A stretch of 64,000 bases of DNA, taken from assembly GCF_009914755.1 (NCBI RefSeq), contig NC_060935.1; one strand, given 5' to 3'. Positions within the stretch are counted from its first letter, which is position 1. Each line of letters begins with the position of its first letter. Source of the stretch: the human T2T-CHM13v2.0 reference genome, Homo sapiens. This document shows, one piece after another, positions 57,016 through 64,000 of the stretch. The notes under the pieces are model-generated. The model was given only the letters and a program-made list of their open reading frames with translations, was not told the origin of the DNA and did not search any database. The position numbers and the translations under genes were made by a program.

Positions 57016-60000
57016 AGTGGTGGATGCCTCAAATACCCTGCTTTGATCATTACATATTCTATGCATGTAACAAAATATCACACGTACCCCATAAAGATGT
57101 AAAATATTACGTATCAATAAAGATATGGCAAATTATATTCTGTGTCATTGGTAATATGTTCTCTTTTTATAATAAAGCATCATTTATTCCTTCTCAAATT
57201 TGCCTTTTTTCTTTACTATATTCAGTAATCACTCATTAAAAACTCACTCTAGGAGACTTTTTCCCTCAATTTTCTCTCTGCTCATGATTTACTTTGAGCT
57301 TTTCCTTGTTCCCCCAACACTGACTGTTTGTCATATCTTCTTCACAAAACCAAATTGTGAAAAATAAAATATAACACAAAAGATGTCTGCAATCTGCTAA
57401 GAAACTAAAAGACTAACCTTAAATTTAAAAATTTATAAACATTTTAATTCACCAAAACTGTCAAGTGGGCATTATTAGTAGAAGCTAACTTTACTACCTC
57501 ACTCGATCACCCTTATAGGGCTCTTTGTAAAAGAGATAATTGGAAAATCTGGACTCAGCTTGCATCCTAGGAAAGAGTGGAAGTTATGTAATTGAAACAA
57601 TTATACAAGCATTTCTTTTTGCAAGGACATCTTGCTCACTATGAAACAACAGAGGGCTTACTCATTATGGTTCAGATTTATGAAGTAACTAAACAATATT
57701 TCCAGTATTTATTGTATGGTTTCAGACATGCCAAAGAAGGTGTCTGAAACCACTGGGTAACAGATGCTCCCTCATTATATTATGTGACAAGTGTTAATAT
57801 TTTCAATTACACAGCAGTTGAGTTAAGGTATCTTTACTTTGCCATAAAATCTATTTTATTGCAACTAAATATCTTTTATATCAAATCCATTAATCTTTAG
57901 AACAATCTATCCTATCTTGCATATCCAATTGTACAAGGCTTATAGCATGTACCTTTTGTCTTTATTTAATCTTATACTTTTGCCCAACTTAGTTTAATTT
58001 ACACAAATAAATTCAGCTACATAATTGAACATCTTTAATGACTGCTTAAAAGATATAATATTTTGCATGCTAAAATAATAAATGGACTATTGGAACAAGT
58101 CACTTTTAATGGATCTGTTTTCTAATACGTAAAGAGATAATATATGACACAAGCACCATGTGGAATAGGAGAAAGATTACTGGTATAATCCCTGGTTCTA
58201 CCATTTAAAAACTGTATGACCTTGTAATATGTTGTTTAGCTTCTCTGAGAATCAGTTTTATCAGGAAAATGATATCAAGGAGGCTAATACTTACCTCATA
58301 ATATCACAGTGAGAATTAATTATGATAATGTATGAGAAGGAACCACACAGTATAAGTTCCAGTATTGAAAGGATATCTATTCCCTTTGCATTTTCTTTCA
58401 AGATTGTAATGAGAGACAAATGTAATGTAATACATCATACACTTTAAACCATTTACATTTATTTAAATTTTAGGTATTATTAATATCTAAAGCAAAATAC
58501 TAGAATATAAAATGAGTTATTAGACACACAAAACTATGTCATATCATGGTCACTCACATCATCTATTCTCTTATATTTTATTTCTCAAACTCTCTTAAAA
58601 TACTTTCATTTATCCTCATAATTGGTTAATCCCATGAAATAAAATGAGACAAATTACAGATCTGGGTATAAAACCCTATACTCTTGTATCATCTTCTTAG
58701 TGAACTCCCTCCAGTTACTCTACCTTATGCTTAAATTGTGAATTCTTTAAGAGTCTCTATCAGTTTCATATGGACATAAATACAATTTAATTAATATGCA
58801 ATGTTTGGCTTTTGCAGCACAATTCCAAATGTAACAGAATGTATGAAGTTATCTCAATGATTGATATAGTTAGCTCACATGTTTTTGAGATGGAGTTTTG
58901 GTAATTTTGGTATGTATCTCTATTCAGACAGCTGTTGACAGATGGAAATTTGGTTTAAGAACTGTTCCAGAACATTCCTCCCTTTCCAAAAGATCATCAA
59001 ATGCTTTTAATAAGCATATTGGAGAAGACTAGAGAGACAGACATACAAAAATATCCACAACAGGTATTTTGATAAGAGAGAGAGAAGGGTAAAAAGAAAA
59101 AGAAGAAAAAAAGCTCTGACAAGTGAAGTCAGGTGAATTCATACATATCAAAAATAAATTTGCACATTGGGTAGAGGCAAAACAAGATCTAAAACAAATT
59201 TGATCCTTTGGGTAGAGGTAAAACAAGGAGTACTATATTAATAGATCTAGGAGGAATAGGGGACCATTCAAATAAGAGTTCCTGGGATGACCCAGTTGTC
59301 ATTAGGTGGATCACTCTCTTCTTTGTGCAGTTACATCTAGTGTCTGTCTTTATCTACAGATTTTTTCTTGTTTTTTTTTTTTGTTGTTGTTGTTTTTTGA
59401 CCTAGAGTGGGAATCAAGCATGTACTACTCAAACTACCTCTCTTCTTGATGCTCCATACCTAGAAAATACTAGACTTTCAATAAATATCTGTTAACAGGA
59501 TGAATAAACAAATCAAGATTGCTGCTGTTTTCTTTTTGTATCAGCATCTTAGATTTTTGATTCCTCTAGCTTTTAACTATGGTTTCTTATATTTTACTTC
59601 ATGTATAGGACTAATAGTATACCATTTTGGTCCTGATTCAGGAATTTTAAGTTGGAATATGCCTAGAAGTTTCGAAATGTTAAGATATAAATCCCTCTCA
59701 CATTTGCCATGATATTTTGGCATTCAAGATGCAAAACAAACAAACACCACCTTCGATCGCACAAAACCTATCCCCAAACCTATAGGAAATGATTCTAGAG
59801 GTGAAAATGCAGAAATATATCCATAAAGATGCTAACTCAAGCTTCTAAAGCTCACATACTAAAATGAGCATATTGTATGCTTCCTATTCTTTATATGGTA
59901 TGATTTTTTTTCTGATCTATTCTTCAATAATGAGGTTGTATAACTTGAAGGGTGAATTTAGCAAGGAAAAGCTAAGCTGCCTATTTGTTTTTATCAAAAG

Positions 60001-60739
60001 TGAGTTTTTATTTGATTCCTACAAGGGTGAGCAGAGAACAGCTAAAGTGAAGGAGGGAAGGGCCCTTGGGTGGGTGACCAAGTTAATACTTCTGTCTAGT
60101 TTGATGCTGTGCAGTGTGGAGTTTTAAAGGTTATTCTCTGGAGAAAATAATATTGAATGAGATAACAATATTAAATGAGGGACAATAATGATTGTTTTTA
60201 TTATTTACTATATGCTAGGTACAAAGAAAATTACATTTCATTCACTATGCCTTATCTCATTTCATCTCATTAAAATAAAACCAATGAGGCAGGTATTATA
60301 ACATTTTACAAACAAGAAAATAAAGATTAAAGATGTTAAGTAGTTTTCTTAAGGTCAATGATTTAACAACCTGTGGGCCAAGACGCGAATCCAAGACTGT
60401 CTGGCAGCAAAGCCTTTCTTCCTAAGCTTATTGTTCTATTCAGCCTCCCAGTCTGTGCACTGTGTTCTGGTATCACAAACTCTGAAGCATTCTACAAATA
60501 CATACTAATCTTAGTAGCAGAAACAATAAAAATGAATTTAAAATATATCTCAAGAAAAAATCTAAATAGTATGAAAATACTAATATTTCTCACACCGGCA
60601 TCAGCTAGAACTCATATTTAACTGTAACACACGTTGCTAAATTTTAGATCTATATAAAGATTTCTGAGAATGACATAAATGATCATGACCACTGACATTT
60701 ATTTTGAATGATAAAATGAATGATCCATGCATTTTAATT

Positions 60740-60771
<32 letters not shown>

Positions 60772-61053
60772 TTTGAGACCGGATCTAACTGCTGGAGTGC
60801 AGTGGCACAATCATAGCTCCCTGTAACCTTGAACTTCTGAGCTCAAGCAATCTTCCTGCCTCAGCCTCCCAAGTCAGTGGGACTCCAGGTGCATACGACT
60901 ACCCCAGCCAATTTTTTTATTTAGTTTTATTTTTTGTAATGACAGGGTCTTGCTATGTTGCCTAGGCTGGTCTTGAATTCTTGGGCTCAAGTAATCCTCC
61001 TGCCTCCGTCTCCCAAGGTGATGGGATTACAAGCATGAGCTACTGAGTCTGGC
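60740..61053 (-). mobile_element. AluJ with (TTA)n tail
   Basis: Antisense dimer; TSD tgcattttaat. Confidence 0.9.
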
Positions 61054-61589
61054 TGATGTGTGCATTTTAATAAAACCAAAAGTTGATATGCTAGGAAAAG
61101 TCCTAGCTCCTTTCTCAAATATTGTACCAACTGAAGTATGACAACATAATTATTAAAAGGAATTGTTTAGTTTTAAATTTGATACCAATAGCAAAATGAG
61201 AGCAATCAAAATACCTACTGACATGATGTAAACACTTGAGCATTATTATCATTAATTATGTGCTTGTGTCTTTGCACTAGACAGTGGCTGCTGAAGTCTC
61301 GAGTCGATCAATTAATTTTAATGTGTAAACTGGGTATACAACTCTTGCATTATCAAATCTTTGCACTTGACCAAATTAAAAATCATCTTTAATTTCTAAG
61401 CAATTACTTTCCTGTATTTCGAATTAGTTCTAATCACAAACTATGTAATTTTCTCCTTCCTCTTGTCTTATAAGCTTTTAAAATTATTTTATTTACTTTG
61501 AGAAGCATGAAAAATCTTTTTGGCCACTATAAAAAATAAAAAATAAAACAGGTTGAGTGAACTTAAAAATGTTGATTTTGGTAATATTA

Positions 61590-61960
<371 letters not shown>

Positions 61961-63234
61961 ACAAGAAAAACCAGCTTTACTCTTCTAAATGTTACAGATT
62001 GTGAGAAGACTCATTATTGTCAGTTGGCATTTTTACTCCTTTAAGTCAGTTATAATTCAGGGTACTTTCTAGGGCTAAGTCAAAGCTCTGCATCTAATAA
62101 TAAAAATAATCTGGATCTACATTTCTGAGGGTAAGGAAAAAGCTTAGTCCTTCAGTGACAGCTTTGCCCATTAAGAAATGAAACAATGAATGTGGCCAAA
62201 TATAGCATTTGGACCATGCTATGCTCTATGAGTACAAGAGAGTTAAAACCTTGGCACTAAAAAACACTACCACCCTTTAGTGCTAATGTTTTCTGGTCAT
62301 CAAATAAAGAAATACATGTCCATAGCACATTTATTTTTTAATTTTTAAAATTAAAAAATTACATGTGTTTCAATTCAAAGCTATAAAAATATAATGTGGA
62401 TTGTATTGTTTATAAAATCCTTCAATTAATTGGATTTTGGAGCAATAGTTTGCTAGATGAAGATTGTTTTTTACCCTGATTAAAATCCAAAATGGGATAT
62501 TCTCTGTGAGACTTACATATATAGAAAATAACAAAACAGATTTCCTAGCATTTAAATGGATAGTTCGCTTGCTTTTCAAGACTAACAAAATCTGCTAATG
62601 CTATATTTTGAAGTTTATCAACCTATGTCTAAGAATAAATAATTTCCACAATACAGTAGTAGCTGTCATGAAACATTTTAGTTATTGTTTCTCTGGTCTC
62701 AGGCTTTTGCAAGTGTCCTTATGTACTCCAGATCATTGTGTACTATTTGTAAGACAGAAGAAATACAGATCCTGATTTTTGGCAAGAAACGCACAGAGTA
62801 GGACAGAAGCAGGGAGTCAAGCTACTCTTGACTTCCTGTTTACTCTAATAGCCTTTGGAAAACTTGGTGAGACTTCCAACATCCACTGACCTTGACCACT
62901 GTTGGGTCATTCGATGGTGGCATTTTGTGGCATTTATATATTGCATGTAGGCATTACTACTGAAATCTTTGGAATATAGTTGGCAAATGCAGTTGGGATT
63001 CTCTCCAGTTTACCAGGGAGACTATGAGATTGTGGCTTGTTTCTGCTTTACTGTCAAAATATTCAGAGTTTCAAAACAGAGTCTGTGGTTAGGTTGAAGG
63101 GGAGAAAAGTACATTTAAGATTACTCCCCGTAGAGTAGCACATGTGAATAAACAGGAGGAAAGCAGGATCAGTCAGAAAAGTTAAATAAAAAGGAAGTTG
63201 AGCACTTTTGCTTCATTTGGCCCTTTGATTTAAT

Positions 63235-63500
63235 AGTCAAAGAATCTTATAATTGGAAGGGATCTCGGGGTTAATCTAATCGAATACCCGCTCCAGGTCC
63301 ATGCATATGGTCATCTAGCCTTTACTTAAATACACTGTAACCAAGGTGGAACCATTAACATTTCTTTTTTCTCTATATTAATTAATTGGCTATGATGTTA
63401 TTACTTCTATCAACAGGTCTCAGATCTGTCTTTTAAAGGAAAAGAGAATAAGCTGGGTTGTCTGTCCCTATAAATGATGTCCCTTTAAATAGGTAGAACA
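63235..63500 (-). mobile_element. L3/CR1 3' fragment
   Basis: agaatcttataattggaagggatct...tggtcatctagcctttacttaaatac. Confidence 0.5.
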
Positions 63501-64000
63501 ACTACCTTTAGAAGGGATTCCCCAGATCATCTGTCTTACTTCTCTAATTTTTCAGGGATTAAACTAAGACCTCCAGAAATGAAGTAATTTCTCAGAGTTA
63601 CAAAGCTGTTTAATTGCAGAACCTGAGCTAAAAGCCTGGCTCAGTTACATGGAAAGCAGAGATTTTGAAGCCAGCTATTATAGCCACCTTATCTTCTTTG
63701 CTCTAAGTGAAGCAGACCTAGTTTCTTCTACTTTTTCTCATGGCACTAAGCTTCTAGACTTCATACTACACATCTCCTAGTACCTACTATGGGCTAGGGA
63801 CAAGCTTCACAAAGAGAACAAGTATCTAATATTGAGGAGCTCATGGTCTAGAATGGAAAAATAAATAACTGCAGCATCAGTGAGAAGTGCTATATTTATG
63901 AAATATGTTTAAATTCCTATGTGAACATAGATATCAGAGTGATTGCAGAACGTTATTGAAGTGATATTTCAGTTAATAGAACTGATTTGACCTCTTTAAT

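Larger units (their letters stand above)
48770..57121 (+). mobile_element. Near full-length, decayed L1MA (L1MA4/5-like 3' end)
   Basis: 5' UTR from ggagcagcc..gatggctgactag; ORF1 coiled-coil remnant 50479-50751; ORF2 start MTGTKPHILILTLNVN at about 51512; 3' UTR ending tatcaataaa; diverged TSD aaaaatacatcaaatta / aaagatatggcaaatta. Confidence 0.9.

Noticed and set aside
48770-57121. Retrotransposition-competent L1
   Set aside because: Many stops and frameshifts, THE1D insertion in ORF2, and a deletion at about 54990 that appears to remove the RT catalytic motif.

Overview
Human (hominid) genomic DNA, AT-rich and largely intronic, lying inside DLG2 (PSD-93/chapsyn-110, a MAGUK scaffold), which is transcribed on the minus strand. 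Three coding exons are present and splice in frame: 31104-30968 (137 nt, most of PDZ2), 15933-15789 (145 nt, end of PDZ2) and 13488-13350 (139 nt, PDZ2-PDZ3 linker). The ORF track catches only the first. The rest is intron filled with Alu, L1, L2, MIR, CR1, LTR and DNA-transposon copies, several of them nested. I see no new gene or new biological system. The most interesting items are: (1) a twin-primed young L1PA inside an older L1PA inside an L2, with a probable 11-nt 3' transduction and an inverted arm that stops where the host L1 stops; (2) a possible ancient L1MA 3' transduction bounded by an identical 15-mer; (3) an array of nested palindromes in an L1MA 3' UTR; (4) a candidate 50-nt poison or terminal exon after the linker exon; (5) a sense-oriented THE1D LTR with an intact DUX4 motif. 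Repeat subfamily names come from recalled consensus sequences and need RepeatMasker/Dfam confirmation.
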